This document shows positions 37,607 to 47,427 of a stretch of 64,000 nucleotides of DNA, in pieces. Each line of letters starts with the position of its first letter. Position 1 is the stretch's first letter. The DNA is from Macrostomum lignano. Lineage: Eukaryota. The position numbers were made by a program, and so were the translations under genes. The stretch lies in NCBI GenBank assembly GCA_002269645.1, contig NIVC01002950.1, forward strand, positions 62,001-126,000, written 5' to 3'. The notes beneath the pieces were generated by a model, which saw only the letters and a program-made list of their open reading frames with translations, searched no databases and was not told where the DNA came from.

Positions 37607-37829
37607 AATTCTTGCTGTCATATTTCGTCCAAATAACTCTTAGTCCAGCTGTCAGGTAGCTGTTAACTAATTGGCGTTCGACGTTGAGCTCAAATCGAGC
37701 CAGCACGCACTCGGGTTTGTCATCGGTCCATTTCAATTCGTTGTGCAGCAGGTCTTTGCTAAATCCGATACCCAATGTGACCAATTGACTGCCTAGGCTA
37801 GCGGCAAATAGTCGGCGCTCTTCGGCCAT
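37607..37829 (-). CDS. Uncharacterised 3-exon gene, exon 2
   Basis: cccag|ATG acceptor (phase 0) and AATT|gtgagt donor (phase 1); MAEERRLFAASLGSQLVTLGIGFSKDLLHNELKW..VIWTKYDSKN. Confidence 0.65.
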
Positions 37830-37981
37830 CTGGGATTTAAGGCCATGGTTTTTTTTAATTGATTTTAGCGATCGTGAGTTCAATAGCAAGATTGGCTATA
37901 CCTACTAATGTACAACCGCGAGACATCGTCAACTATTGACTGTTAGATAACATATAAGATAAGGAGCCACACCTGCTGATA

Positions 37982-38083
37982 AGCAGCTCTTATCTTGACT
38001 TAGCTGCAGGGCTGTCCCGGAGGGGACACAGCGGGAAGGCGCGGGCGCCCATTCCGCTAATCCCTGAACAGCAGCTCTTATCT
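37982..38083. other. 74-nt GC-rich structured insert between 14-bp direct repeats
   Basis: AGCAGCTCTTATCT at 37982-37995 and 38070-38083; insert is 66% GC with two hairpins. Confidence 0.75.
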
Positions 38084-38136
38084 GTAAGTTAATTCAAGAT
38101 GAGAGTTGATCAACTCGAAAAAAGTACACACTGTAC

Positions 38137-38532
38137 CGTCAGCGTTAAAGCCACCATCTTCTTGCTGCCAGCCGCTTCCAGCAATCCGTCCGGACTTGCG
38201 GCTGCTAACTTGCCCAGTCCGTCTCGTGGACTGCAGCAACAGCAGCAGCTCCCGCCGCCGCCGCCGCCGCCACTGCTGTCCTTGCGCAACTGCGCCGACA
38301 TGAGACCGGCGATTGTCCAAACGGCCGATCCAATCGACGAGGCACCGGTGTTGGTGACGGCGGCGGATGCGAGGCTGTCATCGCGCGGATGTCGCCTTTC
38401 GCTGGAGGCTGCCACGCCAACCAAGGAGCGGTGGACCGCTTGAGCTCGGAGCAGCAGCTCGTGCAACGGCGTTGACAGAGGACTGCCAATGATAGGCAGG
38501 TCTTCACTGCCTGGCGGTGACATGGGCTGCAT
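38137..38532 (-). CDS. Uncharacterised 3-exon gene, exon 1 (start uncertain); about 281 aa in total
   Basis: First ATG in the open frame is at 38532 (MQPMSPPGSEDLP); donor ACG|gtacag at 38137, phase 0, matches exon 2; GC-rich. Confidence 0.5.
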
Positions 38533-38880
38533 GATTTGACTAAATTTATATGACAGCTCGTTGCAGAGTGCATGTAAGCCTTGCTTTAGCTCTGATTTGG
38601 TTCTTAAGACTGTCGTCTCAAGTTTAGTTTGATTCAATTGTTTTCATAGTCTATGGCTTTGACTACTGATTTCTTTGTTTGATAGACACCGTCTGAATTC
38701 GGTAGCTCGGTCACTAACTCACTCACTCACTCATGCAGACGCACACGCATACACACAACAACAACAGCAAAGCTGCGGCCGCGGTGGCAATCTCCCGTTT
38801 CTTTTGGTCAGGGAACATCAGGAAGACGGGAGGAGTACAGACGTCTAGTGACGATAGGCAGAAAGCCAGCGGACTGCTCC

Positions 38881-39058
38881 TTTGAAGCAATATCCCTCAA
38901 AATTAATCGAGCAGATTTGTGTGGATGGCGATGGATCTTTTCATCTCAACGCTATCAGCCACTTGTTCCTCATTTTCCTGTCCTTTGAAAAAGTATGGAA
39001 GGACAGTCTCCCCCAGAGACACCGCTGCGTTGTTTCAACGAGCCATGCAACAGCTCTT
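38881..39058 (-). pseudogene. Decayed THAP zinc-finger domain, probably a transposase N-terminus relic
   Basis: KSCCMAR*NN, one frameshift, then LSFHTFSKDRKMRNKWLIALR*KDPSPSTQICSINFEGYCFK, matching THAP C.V.GC.N..SFH.FP.D....KW..A.R.K....ICS.HF...CF. Confidence 0.72.
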
Positions 39059-39089
39059 TTTCTTTCTCTCAGCAATTTGGACGACTTCC

Positions 39090-39650
39090 CGGCTGCAATT
39101 TTCTGCCGAGGCACTGACGGACAGGCGCTGACGAGGCTTCCGTTCTGTCAGCAGTTCGTCTACCTCGGCGGTCTGGTGCCTGACGTTCGCGAGGATCTGC
39201 GACGTCGCCGTGGACTTTCCTGGGGTGCCTTCCGTTCCGTGAGGGCTGTCCTGCAGTCCGAGGCCCTACCTGACCGCCAGAGGGTGGCGTCGTTCCAGGC
39301 GGTGATTGAGACCGTCCTGTTGTACAACGCCGAGACCTGGACGCTGACGGATTCGCCCGAACACTGGCCTGCTTCGCGCCGCCTCCAAGATCGGCTGCGA
39401 GCGAGTCACCAAAGCGCCACTCTATCGCAGCACTGGCCTGCTCCGTCCCAGCAAACTGTTGCGCCGTCGGCGACTCCAGCTGGCAGGCCATTTTATCCAA
39501 GCCGAGTCGTACTGCCCACAGCCTGTGTAGGAGGTGCTGCTGCTGACGCTGCAGGCACCCTACTGCCGGGGGCAGGCGCGCACTCGGCGTTTCGTCGACT
39601 GCCTGCTGGTTGACGCCGGCGCCCCAGACACTGCCGGCGGTGCTGTTCTT
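39090..39650 (+). mobile_element. 5'-truncated RTE-clade non-LTR retrotransposon, ORF C-terminal region
   Basis: QFVYLGGLVPDVREDLRRRRGLSWGAFRSV..LQSEALPDRQR..FQAVIETVLLYNAETWTLT matches the F.YLGS..DI..R...AW.AF..LF.A.V.SVLLYG.ETWTL motif after RTE reverse transcriptases; internal deletion or frameshift follows. Confidence 0.82.
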
Positions 39651-40450
39651 GCTGTTCTTGCATTTTGTTTTGGGGGGTTATTCTTTTCCATAACCAACTG
39701 GCTACCTAGCTGGCTTTGGACCACATGAGCTGCAGCTAGAGGGTTTCTATGGCTGGGCCGTAAAGTCTGACGCTCAGGAGTCAGGAGTGAGGGGGAGGTT
39801 GACTGATTCCATATATTGACAGCTTCTTAACTCATAAATATTTTTTCATTTCCCTAAGCTGCAGTGCTACTAGTCTCCCATCTGCAATATGTCTCGCTGC
39901 CTTCAATGAATTCGCAAATTAATTTTAACAATTTGTCTGAAAGCTTGTTGAGTTGAGTTTATCAACTCAAGCAACGGAGAGATACGGTGGGAGATGTGTC
40001 ATATGGAAGTGCATGCACAGAGCAGTCATTAGCAGGATCCTCAAGCCAAAGCACCTCTTAGTGTGCTTTGCTGGTTTGCACAATCGGCAAGCAGCATCTT
40101 AGTTGTGTTTGATTTAGAAAGTAAACAGGCAGCAATCACGATATTGTTGCTAGCCAATATTTTATCATAACGATGCATACTTCGTTCGCTCGTACAGTAA
40201 TTTACAGCTACTGTAAAGGGGATCAAACAGTCAAATAGCTCTGTCATTGAAAATTAAAATAAAGCGTTATTCATCATTGGGTAATTAGGTAAGCTGTCAA
40301 AGTTTAGTACAGCAAACAGTTTTAGAATATAAGAATATCAAAACAAAGACCTGCTGGCTGCTGTAATATGCATAAGGTCTCTAGAAACCAATATTGGCAA
40401 CCCAGATTTTTTTCTTGGCGTCCCTAGCAACCAGGATTAACTCATTTTAG

Positions 40451-40633
40451 CGTCTCTAGAAACCAATATTGGCACCCCCGGACCGGCCATCGTTGACGTC
40501 AGCCAAGAGGAGGCCGTCACCTGCCTGTTGCTGGGCAGCCGAGGTCTGGGTTTAAGTTCGACGAACCTTTCTCGGTAGCGTGTCCGACTATGTGCTGCAT
40601 CATTCCCGCGAGCCGGTGCTCATTGTGCCGTGA
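40451..40633 (+). pseudogene. Universal stress protein (USP/UspA) C-terminal fragment with a 1-nt frameshift
   Basis: ttttag| then SLETNIGTPGPAIVDVSQEEAVTCLLLGSRGLG, frameshift at 40552-40558, RRTFLGSVSDYVLHHSREPVLIVP*; AATAAA at 40643. G.PG..I, GSRGLG and FLGSVSDY.LHH..PVL.VP are USP hallmarks. Confidence 0.82.
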
Positions 40634-40879
40634 TTTGAAAATAATAAAACATCGTATCTATGTATTTATTTCGACCGCATCTTTCCGCATCTAATTAGTT
40701 TTTTTACGTTCTACCGATATGTATCGAAAGCTATATAAAAATTTAATTTCTATCATTTTGGAAAGTAATTTTTGTTGTATCTTTCGATTGACAAAGATGA
40801 AGACGTTTTTATGTTAACAAAGCACGGCTGGAAGCCTTTCTGTCTTTCCTTTTTATTTTCTTATTTCCTTAGCTGCGGG

Positions 40880-42350
40880 AGTCGGCTCTTGCTTTGGCTT
40901 AAAATGAAATACCGTACCCTATACCCCGTGGGCTGTGGCCGTTCACTCCTTCTTAGAGGTACGGGTGTACCACCATCCTGTATTGGTGCCTTCCAACCCG
41001 GCGTTGGTCGGTGTCACCGACTCAGGCTCGACCATCGGCTGAGTCTGAACTCGGAAAGTCGCTTGAACAACGCTGTTCGGGACCCCTGTGGCTATCTCCT
41101 GTTTTTGCGGCGGGTCACAACAACGCTGTATTTGCAGTCCCGATGAGCCCTCACGATGCGCTGATCCAAATCAGCCGGACAAGAGCCGTATTTGAACCCA
41201 GCGGACTCACCATTGTGGCCTCGCAACTACGCCAGCTTGTCGGATGGACTCCATTCGGCCGATTGGAAGGGTACTCTTAGCTTTCACCCTGACAGAAGTT
41301 CCACAGGAGACAGCCCTTGCTACCCCTTCTCTATAGAATAGTAGATAGCGATCGATACATGGCTCTCGATAATTAGCATTGAAGCTACATGGCTCATTCC
41401 GTTGGCCTTGACAGCCTCCTTAATGCAGCTACATGGCTCAGTCCGTCGGCCTTGACAGCCTCCTTAATGCAGCTACATGGCTCATTCCGTTGGCCTTGAC
41501 AGCCTCCTTAATGCAGCTACATGGCTCATTCCGTTGGCCTTGACAGCCTCCTTAATGCAGCTACATGGCTCAGTCCGTCGGCCTTGACAGCCTCCTTAAT
41601 GCAGCTACATGGCTCATTCCGTTGGCCTTGACAGCCTCCTTAATGCAGCTACATGGCTCAGTCCGTCGGCCTTGACAGCCTCCTTAATGCAGCTACATGG
41701 CTCATTCCGTCGACCTTGACAGCCTCCTTAATGCAGCTACATGGCTCATTCCGTTGGCGTTGACAGCCTCCTTAATGCAGCTACATGGCTCATTCCGTTG
41801 GCCTTGACAGCCTCCTTAATGCAGCTACATGGCTCAGTCCGTTGGCCTTGACAGCCTCCTTAATGCAGCTACATGGCTCATTCCGTTGGCCTTGACAGCC
41901 TCCTTAATGCAGCTACATGGCTCATTCCGTCGGCCTTGACAGCCTCCTTAATGCAGCTACATGTCTCATTCCGTTGGCCTTGACAGCCTCCTTAATGTCC
42001 TCACGAAACGCTCGGTCAAGCCGTTGCTTTCCGGGTGATAAGCCGTAGTACATGTAGTTCTCAATGAGACAGACAACCAGCTCCGAAACTGGGTCCGTTG
42101 TCAGACACCAGAATATGCAGGAACACCATATCTGAGATCACGGCGGCTGATTTCATAACTTTTGTTAAGTGCACTTCAGGATAGTTGGAAAATGCGTCTA
42201 CAAGCACTAGGAGATACATCTAGGTTCCGTCGATGGGGCCGGCGAAGTCCCAGTGGACTCTCTCCCACGGAGCGCCTGGATGAAGCCAGTCGACCGATTA
42301 TTCCTATTCTTAGCCATAACCAACTTGCACATTTGACATCCCCTCACCAG
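40880..42350 (-). mobile_element. Decayed Ty3/Gypsy integrase region, interrupted by an internal 44-bp array
   Basis: With stops and frameshifts: LVRGCQMC; APWERVHWDFAGPIDGT*MYLLVLVDAFSNYPEV; LVSDNGPSF; TTAYHPESNGLTERFVRT; DRYLLFYR; GLSPVELLSG*KLR; PLRRSERP. All are Gypsy integrase motifs in the expected order. Confidence 0.88.
41383..41997. repeat. 44-bp minisatellite, 14 copies, derived from integrase coding sequence
   Basis: GCAGCTACATGGCTCATTCCGTTGGCCTTGACAGCCTCCTTAAT; CTTGACAG at 41407, 41451 and onward. Confidence 0.96.
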
Positions 42351-42364
42351 AAATCTTGAACCAG

Positions 42365-42795
42365 AAATCAATTTAGGTCCTGACACACACACACGCCTGT
42401 GATTTAATTTCGGTCCTGACACACACACACTTGTAATTTAATTTAGGTCCTGATACACACACACCTATAATTTAATTTAGGTCCTGATACACACACACCT
42501 GTGATTTAATTTAGGTCCTGACACACACCTGTAATTTAATTTAGGTCCTGACACACACACCTGTGATTTAATTTAGGTCCTGACACACACACCTGTGATT
42601 TAATTTAGGTCCTGATACACACACACACACCTGTAATTAAATTTAGGTCCTGATACACACACACCTGTAATTAAATTTAGGTCCTGATACACACACACCT
42701 GTAATTTAATTTAGGTCCTGATACACACACACCTGTAATTTAATTTAGGTCCTGATACACACACACCTGTAATTTAATTTAGGTCCTGAAACACA
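42365..42795. repeat. About 30-34-bp minisatellite (CTGTAATTTAATTTAGGTCCTGAT(AC)n)
   Basis: Direct reading; unit length varies with an embedded (AC)n. Confidence 0.93.
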
Positions 42796-42799
42796 CACA

Positions 42800-42915
42800 C
42801 ACTCAATCAATCACTCACTAAGCTACTCACTCATTAAGTCACTCGCTCACTAAATCACTCACTCACTAAAATACTCACTCACTAACTCACTCTCATTAAC
42901 TCACTCACTCGCTCA
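42800..42915. repeat. Degenerate (CACT)n
   Basis: Direct reading. Confidence 0.8.
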
Positions 42916-43368
42916 TTCGCAAGAGTTGCCAAGCTGAAAGCAAGTAGCCCGCCACAATGCAGTTTGGTAAAAGCTACCCTAACTCCAATAAGGCTCCCGC
43001 TGTCTTTACTTAACCCTAAACAAGTGAGGCTCTGTCTTTACCATTATTTTCGTTACTACCCTTTCTGTGCTGTCTGCATTATGGAAGGATCAGTAGGGGG
43101 ATTTCAGCTGAGCATAGCTCTAGAGAAGTCTAAAGCTGCATTGGCACAATGGCAGTAGCGCTGGTTCAACTCTTTTTGTCTGGCGTCCCCCTTTCCAGTC
43201 TTGCCCGCAAGTTGTTGCCATGCGTTGCGCGCTCAGCTTAAATCAATCGATTTTAGTCCTTGCCCGCCTCTCCTTTCCTCCTTTCCTTTACTTAAGCCAC
43301 TAGACTCCACCGCCCCGGATATGAAATTCTGCTAAGCTATTCTTCTCTGTCTTTTTTAGCAAGCAATT

Positions 43369-43662
43369 ATGCCTAAGGCTTTTCTCGCCTTTTTCCTGCA
43401 GGTTCTGCTGCTTCTGCAGGCTCAAGCAGCAACAACTGCATCATCTATCGAGCCTAATGTGCCTGAGTACAATCGCACCTGCGCGTCTGTTGACAACTTG
43501 AGAATCAACAAGGTCTGCTCAGGCTTGCCGAACGAGACTCTCAGACTGTTCGGCGAAGACTTCGGAGTGCATTACATTCGAGGCAAGACCAAGTCCAGGG
43601 TGTTTGTGGGGCTCATAGTGAGCAAGTGTCAGCCTGGAGAGTATTGCGTTCACCTCGCTCAG
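43369..43662 (+). CDS. Cys-rich type-I membrane protein, exon 1 (signal peptide); about 339 aa in total
   Basis: MPKAFLAFFLQVLLLLQAQA signal-peptide-like start; donor CAG|gtaagc, phase 0. Confidence 0.8.
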
Positions 43663-43904
43663 GTAAGCTGACAGGAGCAATTTCCTGTGTACTGTACCTG
43701 TGCCTTGATTTGTTACTTAGTTCGTTGCATGGTGGCTTAGTCCTGCAGTGAGGAGGCAAGCATTGATACCAGTTCCTCTAAGCACTCACACTCACCCAGA
43801 TACTGATACTCTATGATGTAACTTTTGGGTACTTAGACTCAGTGGCCTTAGTGAACCTTAGTGCGCTTGAGTATATTCTATAGACTTCGATGCCCGTGAG
43901 GTAC

Positions 43905-44565
43905 CTAGACTCAGATACCTGTAAGGTACTTAGACTCAGATACCTGTAAGGTACATAGACTCGAATACCTGAGAGGTACCTACACTCAAATACCTGTGAG
44001 GTACCTGCTCTCAGATACCTGTGAGGTACCTAGACTCAGATACCTGTGAGGTAGCTATAGACTCAGATACCTGTGAGGTACCTACACTCAGATACCTGTG
44101 AGGTATCTAGACTCAGATACCTGTGAGGTAGCTATAGACTCAGATACCTGTGAGGTAGCTATAGACTCAGATACCTGTGAGGTATCTATAGACTCAGATA
44201 CCTGTGAGGTATCTATAGACTCAGATACCTGTGAGGTACCTACACTCAGATACCTGTAAGGTACCTAGACTCAGATACCTGTGAGGTACCTAGACTCAGA
44301 TACCTGTGAGGTAGCTATAGACTCAGATACCTGTGAGGTACCTAGACTCAGATACCTGTGAGGTAGCTATAGACTTAGATACCTGTGAGGCATCTAGACT
44401 CAGATACCTGTGAGGTAGCTATAGACTTAGATACCTGTAAGGTACTTAGACTCAGATACCTGTTAGGTAGTTAGACTCAGATACCTGTGAGGTAGCTAGA
44501 CTCAGATACCTGTGAGGTAGCTAGACTCAGATACCTGTGAGGTAGCTAGACTCAGATACCTGTGA
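43905..44565. repeat. 21-23-bp minisatellite (TAGACTCAGATACCTGTGAGG[TA])
   Basis: Direct reading; ends about 35 bp before the acceptor. Confidence 0.94.
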
Positions 44566-44599
44566 CTCCATATCCATATCACCCCAATCCCCTGAGCAG

Positions 44600-44968
44600 G
44601 CCGAGCCCACCGAGCTGGAGGACCGGCTCCTTCTCAGCTGGCGCGACGATCGAGTCCGGTCGAACCTGTGCCGCCTGCGGCCCTGCCTGAACCGCCTGTC
44701 CGCTTGCCCAGCCGCCAAGCTGATCGACCAGGACCGCCAGCTGACCTTCAACGCCGTCGATCTGCTGTGCGGCCTCACGGAGCTGCAGCAGGCCGGCGGA
44801 GGCCTCGACGGTGGCAAAAACTCGGTGCCCTACTGTCTGGAAGGCGTTCTGGACCTGCTGCAGTACGCCTACGCCGACGTTGCTAGGGAGGCTGGCAACG
44901 CGTCTGCTCAAAGAGTCTGCGATTGCGTTGGACGTCCGGGCATCCCCTGCCCGGTTCAGTGCCGCCAG
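44600..44968 (+). CDS. Cys-rich type-I membrane protein, exon 2
   Basis: gcag|GCC to CAG|gtgggc, phase 0/0; 123 open codons with 9 Cys and GC-rich codon usage. The ORF track shows only its last part (44825 onward). Confidence 0.8.
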
Positions 44969-44974
44969 GTGGGC

Positions 44975-45425
44975 GGGTATCTGGGTGGGGTATCTAGACT
45001 CGGTGGTATCTAGAATTGGTGGGGTATCTAGACTGGGGTGGGTATCTAGACTGGGTGGGTATCTAGACTGGGTGGGTATCTAGACTGGGTATCTAGAATG
45101 GGGTGGAGTATTTAGACTGGGATGGGGTATCTAGACTGGGGTGGGGTATCTAGACTGGGGTGGGGTATCTAGACTGGGTGGGGTATCTAGACTGGGTGGG
45201 GTATATAGACTGGAATGGGGAATCTAGACTGGGATGGGTTATCTAGACTGGGTGGGGTATCTAGATTGGGATGGGGAATCTAGACTGGGATGGGGTATCT
45301 AGACTGGGGTATATAGGTAACTAGACTGGGGTGGGGTATCTAGGACTGTGGTGGGGTATCTAGGACTGGGGTGGGTATCTAGGGTTGGGGTATTTAGACT
45401 CGGGTGGGGCATCTAGACTTGGGTG
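44975..45425. repeat. G-rich 16-17-bp minisatellite (GGGGTATCTAGACTGGG)
   Basis: Direct reading; begins within about 10 bp of the donor. Confidence 0.93.
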
Positions 45426-45674
45426 TCTAGGGGTACTCAGATTCTGATATCTGGGTCGAGCACCTGGACTCCAATACCAAGTCAAGGACTACTTAAATAT
45501 AGATTACTTCAGTCATCCTTGTATCAAGTGGCTCAATTGTACTCCTATATGAAGGTAGAAATTACTTGAAGTACTTATAATTCTAGTAGGCGTACTAATA
45601 CTCACGCATCTAGCAGATTGTCAATGCTAAAAATAGAATAAAACTTACAGCCTTCCTTAAACTCATTTTTTCAG

Positions 45675-45739
45675 ATAATTTACAAACTGAACTGTCTTTA
45701 CAGTCAGTGCCGTCAGCACGAACAAATTCACATTGCCAG
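45675..45739 (+). CDS. Cys-rich type-I membrane protein, exon 3 (65 bp)
   Basis: ttttttcag|ATA to AG|gtaaat, phase 0/2; IIYKLNCLYSQCRQHEQIHIA. Needed to reconcile the phases of exons 2 and 4. Confidence 0.7.
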
Positions 45740-45834
45740 GTAAATGTTGTTTGAAAATTACCCAGAGAGCTCTCAACAAGAGTAACTTTTTCAAGTTGGC
45801 TTTTAATCACGAGTATTTAATAACCATATTTCAG

Positions 45835-45946
45835 ATTCCCAGCTTGGAACTGGTATTTCTCGAAAGCTGACGCGCTAAAATCAAAGTACAATGTGACCTT
45901 CTGCGAGAGACCCATTGAGACTGCTGCTGCGGCTGAGGGAAAGCAG
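45835..45946 (+). CDS. Cys-rich type-I membrane protein, exon 4
   Basis: tttcag|A to CAG|gtaagt, phase 2/0; FPAWNWYFSKADALKSKYNVTFCERP. Confidence 0.75.
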
Positions 45947-45974
45947 GTAAGTTTGTACTTTGTTGTCTGTCTGA

Positions 45975-46810
45975 CTTGTCACTCAACTGTCTGCAATCCA
46001 TTGTCACTCTGCTGTCTTTAGTCCATTGTCACTCTTCTGTCTTCAGTCCATTGTCACTCTTCTGTCTTCAGTCCATTGTCACTCTACTGTCTGCAATCCA
46101 TTGTCACTCTGTACTGCCTTCAATCCATTGTCACTCTGCTGTCTTCAATCCATTTTCACTCTGATGTCTTCAATTCATTGTCACTCTGCTGTCTGCAATC
46201 CATTGTCACTCTACTGTCTTCAATCCATTGTCACTCTGCTGTCTGCAATCCATTGTCACTCTACTGTCTTCAATCCATTGTCACTCTACTGTCTGCAATT
46301 CATTGTCACTCTACTGTCTGCAATCCATTGTCACTCTACTGTCTGCAATTCATTGTCACTCTACTGCCTTCAATCCATTGTCACTCTGCTGTCTTCAATC
46401 CATTGTCACTCTACTGTCTGCAATCCATTGTCACTCTACTGTCTGCAATCCATTGTCACTCTACTGTCTGCAATCCATTGTCACTCTACTGTCTGCAATT
46501 CATTGTCACTCTGTACTGCCTTCAATCCATTGTCACTCTACTGTCTGCAATCCATTGTCACTCTACTGTCTGCAATCCATTGTCACTCTACTGTCTGCAA
46601 TTCATTGTCACTCTGTACTGCCTTCAATCCATTGTCACTCTGCTGTCTTCAATCCATTGTCACTCTACTGTCTGAAATCCATTGTCACTCTACTGTCTGC
46701 AATTCATTGTCACTCTGCTGTCTTCAATCCATTGTCACTCTACTGTCTTCATCCATTGTCACTCTACTGTCTTCATCCATTGTCACTCTACTTGTCTTCA
46801 GCCCATTGTC
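45975..46810. repeat. 25-bp minisatellite (CCATTGTCACTCTACTGTCTGCAAT), about 33 copies, filling the intron
   Basis: CATTG at 46201, 46226 and onward. Confidence 0.95.
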
Positions 46811-46827
46811 CCTCCTCTCCACTCCAG

Positions 46828-47007
46828 GGACCAGTCATCTTGGCCTTCTTCCCCAACATGAGCAACGTAGTGATGGCCGTAGTGCTGATTGTTGTGGTGG
46901 CCGCACTGCTCATGGTGGGCGTCACCTGCCTCTGTTGGCAGAGAATATTTTTGAATAGATACTCACGCGACCGTGTCGGATACACCGAAGTCAAGGGCAC
47001 TTTGTGA
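46828..47007 (+). CDS. Cys-rich type-I membrane protein, last exon (TM helix and short tail)
   Basis: ctccag|GGA, phase 0; VVMAVVLIVVVAALLMVGVTCLC TM segment; tail RYSRDRVGYTEVKGTL*. Confidence 0.8.
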   Translation, partial: GPVILAFFPNMSNVVMAVVLIVVVAALLMVGVTCLCWQRIFLNRYSRDRVGYTEVKGTL

Positions 47008-47427
47008 GCTGTTGAAATCAGAGTTTTGAGCCTATAACTACTTTTTAAAAAAGAGTTGTTCTTCCTTTCTTACCGACTTTTTTACGCTCTGGCTGGCATT
47101 TAGCCAGTTTTGTTTATCTCTAATTTTACTCTTTGAAGAGTTTTTTTGGTGTCAGAATTTTTCTACCCTTTTTTGAGCGTAGTATAGGAAGACTTTTTTC
47201 CTCGTATTCTTGGGCGAAAACTTCTATATTTAGTCTTGGAACTTGTCTCTTCTGAATAAATAAATCAAGTAAAATTGAAAGCCATAAAGAATTATATAAT
47301 TTTTGAAGTTAAATAACAAAACTTTTTCAGCTTGTGTGCCTTTATTGAAGATGAAACAAGAAGCCATTCTTATCGTTTCTATTTTTAGAACGCGATGATT
47401 CGCCTTCTGGAACCCTTTGCTTTGCGC

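Noticed and set aside
40377-40501. RFX X-box, CCAAT and CRE promoter module
   Set aside because: The CRE and the second X-box/CCAAT lie in USP coding sequence (SLETNIG, VDVS) and the first is a local duplicate of that sequence.
40880-41330. Highly structured ncRNA or LINE 5' UTR (several hairpins)
   Set aside because: The minus strand is the Gypsy integrase C-terminus (SPVELL, PLRRSER), so the hairpins are probably incidental.
45976-46827. SIVTLL repeat extension of the TM exon
   Set aside because: 25-bp intronic array; the real exon starts at the acceptor at 46828.
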